A DNA stretch of 64,000 nt from Alphaproteobacteria bacterium (GTDB taxonomy: Bacteria; Pseudomonadota; Alphaproteobacteria; GCA-2731375), in the NCBI GenBank assembly GCA_965225945.1, contig CBDDBZ010000039.1:128001-192000 (forward strand). The letters are read 5' to 3'. The position numbers and the translations under genes were made by a program. Positions 10,812 to 20,472 of the stretch are shown in pieces. Numbering within the stretch: position 1 is the first letter of the stretch; the number at the start of each line of letters is the position of its first letter. The notes below the pieces were generated by a model that did no database searches, was not told where the DNA came from, and saw only the letters and a list, made by a program, of their open reading frames with translations.

Positions 10812-11963
10812 CTATTCCGCGAGGCGGTGGACGACGAAGGATTCGTCCAGGAACCAAAGACCGCCGTGGCGCCGCAGCACCTCCGCCGTGGAGTCGAGAT
10901 AGTCGCCCCGGCCGAGCGCGCCGGTCAGCCGATCATCGGGGATCTGGGCGACATAAATCGCCGCGTTCCAGGCGGCCAGCAGGGTCGAGGTGCCGATGTT
11001 GGTACCGAGCTCGTCCGGCAGCGCGTGCAACCGGTAGCGGAACAGCGCGCCCTCGTCGTCGGCTCCGCTGTAGCGCAGGTCGGGCAACTCCTCGCCCAAC
11101 GTCGCGCTCAATTCCACGATCAGCTCGTGCCCGGGCGTGCGGAAAGGGTCTTCGTCCGGCCAGACCTTGCGCACGATCTCCATCCCCGGGTCGCGCCCGG
11201 TGGCCTGGATCACGACCATGCGCCCGCCGGGGCCAAGCGCGCGGGCCAGTGGTGCCAGCACGTTGCGGACCTTGGTCCGCGCATCCAGCCGGGCGCGGTA
11301 GGGTTGCGAGGCGACGACCAGGTCGTAGTCGGCCTCGATTCCGTCCGTCCTCGGCATCAGTCGGTCGAGCACGAAGCGCTGGTCGGCCCGGTAGAACACC
11401 ACGACCGAGGGCTCGACATAGAGCGGATTGCCGGTGCGTTCGCTGGTCCGGGTCCGCCAGTCCTCGGCGAGCTTGGGCAACAGGTCGCGGATCTGCCGGT
11501 CGAACGCGTGCGCCGTCGTCCCCTCGAGCGGCACATCCCACCAGTTGAGCGCGTCGCGCGCCGCCGCCTCGCGGGGCCTGAGCCAGGGCGCCTCGGAATA
11601 GAGCATGTTGGTGACCACGAGCACGGTCTGGGGATGTTCGTGAAAGCGGTCCGCCATCTTTTCCAGGGCGAGGCGGATATCCTCGAGGCTGATCTCCTTG
11701 CAGACGATGAAGAACGGCACGGTCGGAAAACAGCCATGGGCGTCGCGCAGCACCCGGATGAGCACGCTCGCATCGCCCATGCCGGCATCGAAGATGCGCA
11801 AGCCCGGGGGCTGGGGGGCCAGCTCCCGCAGCTCGGCCCCGACGCGCTCGGCGATGGCCCATTTCTCGCTGCAGGTGGTGACGAACAGGAGAAATTTCTC
11901 CCGGTTGTCGAAGAAGCGAAAGTGCCGTGGCGTCGCCGCGCCCCCATCGCTCGTCACCATCAC
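10812..11963 (-). CDS. Conserved hypothetical protein with possible SAM-methyltransferase-like fold
   Basis: Long ORF with normal composition; LRIFDAGMGDA resembles SAM-binding motif I. Confidence 0.65.
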   Translation of the reverse strand: MMVTSDGGAATPRHFRFFDNREKFLLFVTTCSEKWAIAERVGAELRELAPQPPGLRIFDAGMGDASVLIRVLRDAHGCFPTVPFFIVCKEISLEDIRLALEKMADRFHEHPQTVLVVTNMLYSEAPWLRPREAAARDALNWWDVPLEGTTAHAFDRQIRDLLPKLAEDWRTRTSERTGNPLYVEPSVVVFYRADQRFVLDRLMPRTDGIEADYDLVVASQPYRARLDARTKVRNVLAPLARALGPGGRMVVIQATGRDPGMEIVRKVWPDEDPFRTPGHELIVELSATLGEELPDLRYSGADDEGALFRYRLHALPDELGTNIGTSTLLAAWNAAIYVAQIPDDRLTGALGRGDYLDSTAEVLRRHGGLWFLDESFVVHRLAE

Positions 11964-12049
11964 CCGCGCCTTTCAAACCGTTGCCGAGGACGCTGCGCCT
12001 CGGCACAATCCAGGCCCGCTTCGTCGTCAACGTCGCCAGGAGTCGCGCC

Positions 12050-12928
12050 ATGAAGATCGGTCTATTCGTCCCCCTGTGCAACCCACACCACACCCCCGAC
12101 TACATTCGCGCCCTCGGCCGCGCGGCGGAGGCGCGGGGCTTCCACTCGCTCTGGCTCGGCGAGCATGTGGTGCTGTTCGACGACTATGATTCGAAGTATC
12201 CCTATGCCGAGGACGGCCGGATCGGCCTCTCGGCGGAGGCCGGCCTGGTCGAATCCTTCACCGCGCTGGCCTTCCTCGCGGCGGAGACCCGCACGCTCCG
12301 TCTCGGCACCGCCATCTGCCTGGTGCCGCAGCGCAACCCCGTCTACACCGCGAAGGAAGCCGCCTCGATCGACTATCTCTCCGAGGGGCGCTTCGATTTC
12401 GGCGTCGGCGTCGGCTGGCTGCAGGAGGAATTCGAGGCCCTGGGCGTGCCCTTCGCACGCCGCGGCGCGCGCTGCGCTGAGTATCTGGAGGTGATCAAGC
12501 GGCTCTGGTGCGACGAGATCTCCGCCCATGAAGGCGAATTCTACCGCCTGCCGCCCTGCCGGCAGTTTCCCAAGCCGGTGCAGCGGCCGCATCCACCGAT
12601 CTATTTCGGCGGTGAAAGCGAGGCCGCGCTGCGTCGCGTCGCCGACCTCGGCGACGGCTGGCACGGCTTCAACCTGACGCCCGAGGCGACGGCCGAACGG
12701 CTCTGGCGGCTGGACGAACTGCTGGCCGAACGCGGCCGCGACCTGAGCGACGTCGATATCACCGTCTCGCCCTATCTGCATCCCGCCGACACGGAAGCGA
12801 TGCGGCGCTATCACGCGGCCGGGGTCGAGCAACTCGTGGTGATGGTGCTGACCCGCACGGTCGAGCAACTGGAACGCCGGCTCGACGACCTCGCCGAGGA
12901 CCTGGTGCGGCCGGCCGCCACGCTCTGA
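12050..12928 (+). CDS. LLM-class (luciferase-like) oxidoreductase
   Basis: AEARGFHSLWLGEH, RLGTAICLVPQRNP, GRFDFGVGVGWLQEEF; AGGAG RBS. Confidence 0.9.
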   Translation: MKIGLFVPLCNPHHTPDYIRALGRAAEARGFHSLWLGEHVVLFDDYDSKYPYAEDGRIGLSAEAGLVESFTALAFLAAETRTLRLGTAICLVPQRNPVYTAKEAASIDYLSEGRFDFGVGVGWLQEEFEALGVPFARRGARCAEYLEVIKRLWCDEISAHEGEFYRLPPCRQFPKPVQRPHPPIYFGGESEAALRRVADLGDGWHGFNLTPEATAERLWRLDELLAERGRDLSDVDITVSPYLHPADTEAMRRYHAAGVEQLVVMVLTRTVEQLERRLDDLAEDLVRPAATL

Positions 12929-12987
12929 AGAGCCGCGCTCGGAGCCAAGACTCGAAAGTCGCCGAAGCCGGCCTATCGGCCGGAGAC

Positions 12988-13617
12988 TCAGGACGCGCGG
13001 GCGGGGAAGATCTTGGTGCGGGCCCGGAGCGCCTGGAGAAGGCCGTCGACGCCGTGGCGCTTCACCACGGCCGCGAACTCCGCGCGTTGCGTCACCGCCA
13101 TGGAGACACCCTCCACCGCGACGTCGATGATCTTGTAGTGGTTGTCGATCACGCGGATGCGCCACTCGGCGTGAATTGGCGATCCGCCCGGGCGCTGGAT
13201 CCGGGTCGAGACCACGATGTCGCGCTTGCCGGTGGCCCGCGCGCCGCCGACCTCGAAGCTCTCGCCGGCGTAGCCGCCGAGGCGGCGTGAATAGGTTGCC
13301 AAGGTATATTCCGAGAACAGATCCAGGTAATCGCGCTGCTGTTCGCTGCTGGCGCCGCGCCAATGGCGGCCGAGGGCGAAGCGGGCGATGAAATGAATGT
13401 CGAAACCTTGCGCCAGCAGGCGACGGAAGGCCGCCTCCCGCTGCTCCAGACTGCCGGAGGTCGTGCGCAGCACGGAAATCGCCTGGCCGGCCAGCCATTG
13501 CATGAACTGGGCGGCACCGTCGATCTGGGCTCGAGATGCTGCGGCGTGGGCGGAGTTCCAGAATAGTGCCAGTGCCGGTAGCCCGGCGAGTAAGGCGCGT
13601 CGCGTGGGTCGTCGCAT
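12988..13617 (-). CDS. MlaC/Ttg2D-family phospholipid-binding periplasmic protein
   Basis: Signal peptide with RR; FD...IARFALGRHWR and KIIDVAVEGVSMAVTQRAEF. Confidence 0.85.
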   Translation of the reverse strand: MRRPTRRALLAGLPALALFWNSAHAAASRAQIDGAAQFMQWLAGQAISVLRTTSGSLEQREAAFRRLLAQGFDIHFIARFALGRHWRGASSEQQRDYLDLFSEYTLATYSRRLGGYAGESFEVGGARATGKRDIVVSTRIQRPGGSPIHAEWRIRVIDNHYKIIDVAVEGVSMAVTQRAEFAAVVKRHGVDGLLQALRARTKIFPARAS

Positions 13618-13832
13618 CGTCGCTCGGCCCCCTGACCGATTCGGAACCGCGATTCGCCAAAGTCCGGTCCGCCGGAGAGGCGACGACGCGATTCGGGGAA
13701 GTATCTCAAGAAAACATGGGCCCCGAAAGTCTCTCGACCAGTGATGTCGATCACCGCCTGGACGCGCGAATGCACCGCCGGAGGCGGCCATAGATCATGA
13801 GATTCCGAGTATTGCCAAGTCTTTAACCCGCT

Positions 13833-13864
13833 TGTGGATAATACTGTGGAAAACTTGTTGACAA
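13833..13864. promoter_or_regulatory. Cluster of three co-oriented DnaA-box-like sites
   Basis: TGTGGATAA 13833-13841 (perfect TTATCCACA complement), TGTGGAAAA 13845-13853, TGTTGACAA 13856-13864, in an AT-rich stretch. Confidence 0.6.
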
Positions 13865-13868
13865 ACAC

Positions 13869-15091
13869 CATGGTACACGACGGCATTTACGTAGGACGTT
13901 GAAAAGGTTGTAGGATTCCCGATTCACTCCACGACGAGTCAAGAGGGAAATCATGCGAGACAACCCGATCAACGCCCTGCGTGAGACGCTACGATGCGGC
14001 TTCGCCTTTCGCAAGAGCCGTCTGGAGAGCCTTTGCGTCTTGGTCTTCGGCGTGTTCGTCGCCCGGACGGTGAACCTCTCTCACTTGGCCTGCCACTTTC
14101 CGGGGCGCGCGCGATCCAGCTCCAACTATCGGCGCCTGCAACGGTTTTTCGAGCAAGTCGATTTCGATTACGATCGCCTCGCCGAGTTCCTGGTCGCGAT
14201 GATGGGGCTCCAGGCGGGGCCGTGGCGGCTGACCATGGACCGGACCAACTGGCGGCTGGGTCGCCGCGACGTCAACATCTTGATGATCGGCATCGTCAAC
14301 CGCGCCATCGCCATTCCCGTGTGCTGGCGGGTGCTCGACAAGGCGGGCAATTCCAATACCAAGGAGCGGATCGCGATCCTCGAACACGTCCTCCGGCTCT
14401 TCGGGGTCGACAAGATCGCCAGCCTCCTGGCCGACCGGGAATTCATCGGCGACGCCTGGCTGGCATGGTTGCAGGAAAAGGCCATCCCCTTTCACATCCG
14501 CATCCGATCCAACATCAAGATCGCCAACACGCGTGGTCGCATGGTCAAGGCGAGGGAGCTGTTTCGCGACCTCAAACCCGGGGAAAGCTGCATCCTCTCC
14601 AACGCCAGGCGCCTCTCGGAGGCCAGAAAACCCAAGGCCAGGCCCGTCTTCGTCGCCGCGCTCCATCTCAAGACCGGCGAACTGTTGATCGTCGTGACCA
14701 ACGACGCGCCCGAGGAGGCCTTGGCCATCTACGCCCAGCGCTGGCAAATCGAGACCCTCTTCGCCGCCTTGAAAACCCGTGGCTTCAACCTCGAAGACAC
14801 CCACATGACCGACCCGGAGCGCATCTCCAAGCTCACCGCCGTCCTTTCCATCACCTTCTGCTGGGCGCACAAAGTCGGCGATTGGCTCCACGAGGCCGAG
14901 CCGATCCGCCTCAAAACCCACAAAAGGATGGCAAAATCCATCTTCCGATACGGTTTCGAGTGGATAAGGCGACAGCTCGTCAATCCTATCGACAGGCGTC
15001 AAGCCATTGAGCTGATTCGTTTCCTCGTCCCCGGAAAACCACCAGTCCAGGTGCCCAGGCCAAAGCCAGCATGAACGAGTCGTGTACTGTG
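13869..15091 (+). mobile_element. IS4-family insertion sequence (1223 bp)
   Basis: Imperfect 13-bp IRs CATGGTACACGAC / GTCGTGTACTGTG; 9-bp TSD GACAAACAC at 13860-13868 and 15092-15100. Confidence 0.9.
13953..15074 (+). CDS. IS4-family DDE transposase
   Basis: MDRTNW, ADREFIG and YAQRWQIETLFAALK (YREK motif). Confidence 0.93.
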   Translation: MRDNPINALRETLRCGFAFRKSRLESLCVLVFGVFVARTVNLSHLACHFPGRARSSSNYRRLQRFFEQVDFDYDRLAEFLVAMMGLQAGPWRLTMDRTNWRLGRRDVNILMIGIVNRAIAIPVCWRVLDKAGNSNTKERIAILEHVLRLFGVDKIASLLADREFIGDAWLAWLQEKAIPFHIRIRSNIKIANTRGRMVKARELFRDLKPGESCILSNARRLSEARKPKARPVFVAALHLKTGELLIVVTNDAPEEALAIYAQRWQIETLFAALKTRGFNLEDTHMTDPERISKLTAVLSITFCWAHKVGDWLHEAEPIRLKTHKRMAKSIFRYGFEWIRRQLVNPIDRRQAIELIRFLVPGKPPVQVPRPKPA

Positions 15092-15149
15092 GACAAACAC
15101 TTAACGAACATTTGGCTTACGCATAGTTTTATTTGATCTGGCACGCGTT

Positions 15150-16430
15150 TTTTGCCTGCTTCCGTTTTTCTGCGAGAGTCGGTTTGCACGCGTTGGCGTC
15201 GAGACCAGTTCTGGGTGGCGACCAAGGCTTCGGGAGGCGGCTTTTTCGGAAGCCGGTTCCCACTGGCGGCGGAAGCCCCGGGAAGTGGATCTCGATCGGG
15301 AAGCGAGAAGTTTCGGCTTCGGACTTTCCGGTGCGGAGCGACGTGTTCTCCGCTGGCGGTGTCGCCGCTTGGATGATGCGATCGCGTCCTAGGTCGGTTT
15401 TCGGATCGGCCGATGGGGTGATCGGATCGCAAGGGCGGCGATAAGACACCGTCGAGGCGAGGCGCATCGCGCCCCAAGCGGCCCTTCGGGGCGGGCGCGA
15501 CGAGCTTCGGTCGGGGGCGGCGCGGTTCCGCGACCCGCGCGGGGAGGGGCTTCCTCGGAAGCTTTGCCTCGCCGGTGCGTGGATCGTCGCCGGAACGTCC
15601 GCCGCGAGGCGGATGCGACCACGGGCTCGGTGTGACGGTGACTTCGGTCGCCGGCGCGCGGGGCGGGTGGACTCCGATCCGGGACCATGCGCGGCGCGAC
15701 ACGGCGTCTTGGGGCGTCGCGACGGGCCGGACATGGAGACCGGAACGCGATACGCCGATCCGACGGTTCTCTCGGGAACCTTCGTGGCGACGTGGTTTCG
15801 GGCATCCCGGCCAGGCGTTCGGTCGCGCGGCGGCTCGTGTCCGTCGTCGCCCTCCTCGGAGGGTGATGTCGGTCGAGGGACGGCGCGGGTCCGGCGAGAG
15901 GCGCAATTTCGGCGCGCGGGAGGCGTCGGAGATGTCGGGTCGATGCGAGGGCGACCTCGTGGCGATGTGGCGGAACCGAGGCGGAACGGGCATCGAGGCG
16001 CGCGAATCGACGGGCGAGACCGAACCGGTGGCGTCGCGTTCGGCGGCGGTGGCATTCTTCGGAATGCGCCGGCGTCGGGGGCGAGGTCGCGCGAGCCGCT
16101 GGGCTCGGACGGGGCAAACCTTCGGGTCGGTCTCGCTCGGGACGGTGGGCGCGAGCCGGGCGGGCACGGCGGTTCGGGTGGAAAGGCGCGCGGCACGGAG
16201 GACGGAAGATCGGGGCTTCGCCCCGGGTCGGCCGGCCAAAGAGGCCGAACGACGGAACGCCCGAAAGCCGACGGCGGTCGAGATCGCGGATTTATCCGAG
16301 ATCGAGACCGCCGCCAGGTACCGCAACGAAGCGCGTGTCGGGAGCGAGAGCAGCTCCTAGGGCGTCGGGCGCACCCCTTCGGGGAGGCGACGCGTGGACC
16401 CAACCACCACGCGACCCGGCGCCCTTACCG
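15150..16430 (+). ncRNA. Candidate large structured non-coding RNA (boundaries approximate)
   Basis: At least 10 hairpins, most with UUCG/CUCG/GNRA loops; G-U pairs favour the + strand; strong G skew; overlapping ORFs are only Arg/Pro/Gly-rich shadow frames. Confidence 0.55.
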
Positions 16431-16702
16431 TTGCTGCTCATATAGCAATGTTCCCCTCTCTCCACAACAAAATTTTGCGCCTCCGCGCGACCGAACCCCA
16501 ACCTGTTGCGTTTCGGTGTCGGTCAATGCGAAGCGACGGGGCCAATGCGTCGGCCGCGCGGCGGGGCGAAGGAGACCTCGAAAATATCGAACGATGGTTC
16601 GAAAAGCGGCTGCTGGCGGCCCGGAGCCGTGCTAGCATGACGCCCTCCGAGCCCTGAGCGCGGAAAGCGCGACACCGGGCGAGGTCTGGGGAGCACCAAT
16701 AC

Positions 16703-17803
16703 ATGGACTTCATACGGATTTCGGCCGATTCCCACGTCACCGAGCCGCCGAACTGCTACATCGACAACATCGACCCCAAATATCGCGACACCGCACCCCA
16801 TATTCGCCACGACGAGAAGCTGGGCGACATCTACGTGATCGACAAACTCGACATGACGGTGCCGATGGGCCTGGTCGCAGCCGCCGGCAAGGATCCGAGC
16901 GAACTTCGGGCCAAGGCGGCGAGCTTCGACGATCTCCATCGCGGCGGCTGGGACCCGGTGCAGCGGCTCGAAGACCAGGACCGGGACGGCGTCGCGGCCG
17001 AGATCATCTATCCGACCGTCGGCATGCCGCTCTGCAACCACGAGGACGCGGATTACAAGAAGGCCTGTTTCGATGCCTACAACCGCTGGCTCCTGGCTTT
17101 TTGCGAGCGTGCGCAGGACCGCCTGATCGGCTGCGGCCAGACCGCGATTCGCTCGGTCGAGGAGGGCATCGAGGATCTCCGCCGGATCAAGGAGATGGGC
17201 TTCAAGGGCGTGATGATGCCCGGCAGCCCGGTGATGAGCGATTATGACGATTCCATCGACGATCCCTTGTGGGAGGCGGCGATCGACCTCGAGCTGCCGC
17301 TCTCCTTCCACATCCTGACCTCCAAGAACGACAACCTGCACCAGTACCGGAGGCCGAAGATCAACAGCTTCCTGGCCATCATCCGGGGCTGCCAGGACAT
17401 CATCGGGACCTTCATCTTCGGCGCCGTGTTCGAGCGTCATCCCGAGCTGAAGCTGGTCTGCGTCGAGGCCGATGCCGGCTGGGTGCCGCACTACATGTAC
17501 CGCATGGATCACGCCTACAAGCGCCACCGCTACTGGCTGAAGTGCCCGGAGATGGAGCGGCTGCCGAGCGAATATTTCCGCGAGAACGTCTACATGACCT
17601 TCCAGGACGACTGGACCGCCTTCACGTCGACCGAAATGCTCAATCCGAAGCGGTTGATTTGGGCCAACGACTTCCCGCACAGCGATTCGACCTGGCCCTG
17701 GAGCCAGGAGATGCTGGCCGAGCACACGGCCGGGCTGAGCGAGGCGGATCGCCGCGCGATCCTGCGCGGCAACGTCGCCGAGCTTTACGGCCTCGCGGCC
17801 TGA
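16703..17803 (+). CDS. Amidohydrolase_2 family protein
   Basis: ISADSHVTEP, LSFH, CVEADAGW, WANDFPHSDSTWP. Confidence 0.9.
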   Translation: MDFIRISADSHVTEPPNCYIDNIDPKYRDTAPHIRHDEKLGDIYVIDKLDMTVPMGLVAAAGKDPSELRAKAASFDDLHRGGWDPVQRLEDQDRDGVAAEIIYPTVGMPLCNHEDADYKKACFDAYNRWLLAFCERAQDRLIGCGQTAIRSVEEGIEDLRRIKEMGFKGVMMPGSPVMSDYDDSIDDPLWEAAIDLELPLSFHILTSKNDNLHQYRRPKINSFLAIIRGCQDIIGTFIFGAVFERHPELKLVCVEADAGWVPHYMYRMDHAYKRHRYWLKCPEMERLPSEYFRENVYMTFQDDWTAFTSTEMLNPKRLIWANDFPHSDSTWPWSQEMLAEHTAGLSEADRRAILRGNVAELYGLAA

Positions 17804-17830
17804 GCTCTCGCCAGGCTCGAGGCAACGAGC

Positions 17831-19522
17831 ATGGATTATGATCTGAAGATCATCGGCGGCACCATCGTCGACGGCACCGGCGCGCCCGGGCGCGCCGGCG
17901 ACGTCGCCATCAGGAGAGGCCGGGTAGTCGCCCTGGGGGAGGCGCCGGGCCGGGCGGCTGAGACCATCGAGGCCAAGGACAGAATCGTCGCGCCTGGCTT
18001 CGTCGACATCCACACCCACTACGACGCTCAGATCCTGTGGGACCGGACGCTCTCGATCTCGCCCTGGCACGGCGTCACCTCGGTGGTGATGGGCAACTGC
18101 GGCTTCGGCCTCGCGCCCACTCGGGCCGAGCATCGCGAGCTGATCATGCTGACGCTGGAGAAGGTCGAGGGCATGAGCATCGCCGCGCTCAGGGCGGGGC
18201 TGGGCGCCGATTGGCCCTTCGAGACCTTCCCCGAGTATCTCGACGCGATCGAGCGGGTCGGCTTCGCCATCAACGTCGGCGTGCTGTTCGGCCATACGCC
18301 GCTCAGGATGTGGGTCATGGGCGAGGAGGCGGTGGAGCGCCCGGCCACCGAGGGCGAGATCGCCGAGATGCGGGAGCTGCTGCGCCACGGGCTCAGGGCC
18401 GGCGCGATCGGCTTCGCCACCTCCAGGGCCGGCACCCACGTCGGCTACCGGGGCAAGCCGGTGCCGAGCCGGGTGGCCGAGATCGAGGAGATCTTCGCGC
18501 TGGCCGAGGTCTTGGGCGAGGAAGGCCTGGGCGTGGTGCAGGCCACCGCTGGCCGACAGCTCAGCTTCGAGCAGTTCGCCGAGATCAACCGGCTGAGTGG
18601 GCGCACCGTCACTTGGACCGCGCTGCTGGCGGGCCTGGCGCTCGGCGGCGGCAATCACGAAGACCAACTGGCCCAGACCGATCGGCTGGTGGCCGACGGC
18701 TTCGACGTGGTGCCGCAGGTGACGCCCCGGCCGCTCAACTTCGAATACCAGTTCAAGGCGCCCTTCCCCTTCGAGCCGATGTCGACCTTCAAGGAAGTCG
18801 CGGCGGCCGACTTCGCGGGCAAGAGGCGGATCTACGCCGAGCCCGACTTCCAACGGGCCTTCGCCGTCAAGATGCGCGAGGGGGTCAGGCCGAGCTTCCG
18901 CGACGCCTTCGCCAAGACGGTGATCACCGAGCACGGGCCGGAACCGGAGCTCGCCGAGCGGTCGCTCTTCGAGGTCGCGGGCGAGCGCGGCCTTGAGCCG
19001 GCGGCGTTGGCGCTGCAACTCTCGCTGCTGACCGAGCTCGAGACCCGCTTTCGCATGCCGGTGGCGAACCACGACGAGGATCAGGTCGAGAGCTTGCTCA
19101 AGAACAAGAACACGGTGATCGGCCTGTCCGACGCGGGCGCGCACGCGAGCCAGCTCTGCGATGCCTGTCTGCCGACCTACCTGCTGCAGCGTTGGGTCCG
19201 CGAGAAGGGCGTGCTGGAGCTGGAGGAGGCCGTCCGCATGCTGACCTCGCGACCGGCCGAGGTCTTCGGTATCGAGGGCCGGGGCCGGCTGCGCGAAGGC
19301 GCGGCCGCCGACGTCGTGGTGTTCGATCCCGATCATGTCGGCGCCGGACCCTTGCACCGCGTGCACGATCTGCCGGCGGGCGAGGACCGGCTGGTCTCGG
19401 ATGCGTTGGGCATCGAGGCCGTGGTGGTGAACGGCACGCTCCTGCGCCGGGCCGGCGAGGACGTGGCCCGGCCCGATGGCGCGCTTCCCGGCCGCCTGCT
19501 CCGCGGCGGCACGGCCGATTGA
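17831..19522 (+). CDS. N-acyl-D-amino-acid deacylase family amidohydrolase
   Basis: [30 protein letters not shown]. Confidence 0.9.
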   Translation: MDYDLKIIGGTIVDGTGAPGRAGDVAIRRGRVVALGEAPGRAAETIEAKDRIVAPGFVDIHTHYDAQILWDRTLSISPWHGVTSVVMGNCGFGLAPTRAEHRELIMLTLEKVEGMSIAALRAGLGADWPFETFPEYLDAIERVGFAINVGVLFGHTPLRMWVMGEEAVERPATEGEIAEMRELLRHGLRAGAIGFATSRAGTHVGYRGKPVPSRVAEIEEIFALAEVLGEEGLGVVQATAGRQLSFEQFAEINRLSGRTVTWTALLAGLALGGGNHEDQLAQTDRLVADGFDVVPQVTPRPLNFEYQFKAPFPFEPMSTFKEVAAADFAGKRRIYAEPDFQRAFAVKMREGVRPSFRDAFAKTVITEHGPEPELAERSLFEVAGERGLEPAALALQLSLLTELETRFRMPVANHDEDQVESLLKNKNTVIGLSDAGAHASQLCDACLPTYLLQRWVREKGVLELEEAVRMLTSRPAEVFGIEGRGRLREGAAADVVVFDPDHVGAGPLHRVHDLPAGEDRLVSDALGIEAVVVNGTLLRRAGEDVARPDGALPGRLLRGGTAD

Positions 19523-19583
19523 AAGCCCGCCCGGCTTCGATTAGAGTGGCGGCCGACGCTGGGCCTTGGGCCTGGCGCTCCGG

Positions 19584-19660
<77 letters not shown>

Positions 19661-19762
19661 ATCTTTTCAAGCGAATATATCAACCGACCAAACTTGTTAC
19701 CGGTTCGAGGATTCCCGAGGCCAAGCGCGCCGCCTTCCGGCGCTGCCCAAGGGCCCGACGGG

Positions 19763-20245
19763 TCACCGGCGGCGGCCGAGTGCCGCCGATACCATCTCCA
19801 GCACCTCCGCCCGCTCGGCGGGCGCCAGGAAACCGGCACAGGCGAGCGCGCGGCCGTGGCTGGCGAGCCGGAGGCAGCCCCGGCCGGCTTCGCCTTCCTC
19901 GCGCTCGACGCGGACCCATTCGGCCGGGAAGCGCCAGCGCTCGACCCGGCCGCCGGGGTGGTGACGGGCCAGCACCAGTTCGTCGCCCTCGACGCTCAGC
20001 CGTTCGCGCAGCCGCGCCGCCCGAGAGCTCAGGTGAAAGGCGAGGGTGATCGCCATGACGCCGAGGCCGAGGAAGCCAAACACTGGCCAGGCGCCGACAG
20101 CCACAAAGACGATTCCGGCACCGAAGCCGATGGCGGAAACCACCGCCATCAGCATCCACAATCCCCAGACCCCGAGGCTTCTGTGCGGCCACATCACCAC
20201 GTCCAGGCCGGCCGCTTCGCCCTCGATCGCCTCGAACCGCTCCAT
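19763..20245 (-). CDS. DUF2244-family membrane protein
   Basis: PHRSL, GAWPVFGFLGL, WVRV, GFLAPAER. Confidence 0.85.
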   Translation of the reverse strand: MERFEAIEGEAAGLDVVMWPHRSLGVWGLWMLMAVVSAIGFGAGIVFVAVGAWPVFGFLGLGVMAITLAFHLSSRAARLRERLSVEGDELVLARHHPGGRVERWRFPAEWVRVEREEGEAGRGCLRLASHGRALACAGFLAPAERAEVLEMVSAALGRRR

Positions 20246-20472
20246 CCGGCGAGTTTAGGCATCATCCGCTCACGCGGAATCACCGACCCGTCGCGGGGCA
20301 TGTCGGGCCGGTGACCGCTCGATCGCGACCGTGGGATCCACCGCCCCCACGGCACGCGATTGTCTCCCGACTTGTCGGGCCCGAGGGTTTCGGGGCAGCA
20401 TCGTGGTCCCGCGACGAAGCGGCGCCCGCGCCGCCCCGGTTTCGGCGCGCGCGAGGGAGAGGACGAGACGCC

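Noticed and set aside
15139-15155. Sigma-54-like TGGCAC..TTGC
   Set aside because: GG-to-GC spacing is 12 nt rather than the required 10
14986-16635. Long ORFs in several frames over the structured region (446, 424, 340 and 261 aa)
   Set aside because: Arg/Pro/Gly/Ser-rich, no recognisable motif or RBS, and mutually overlapping, as expected in stop-poor GC-rich DNA
3232-19366. Long antisense ORFs (e.g. 3232-5541, 8620-10857, 16523-19366)
   Set aside because: They mirror well-supported genes on the opposite strand, a typical high-GC artefact
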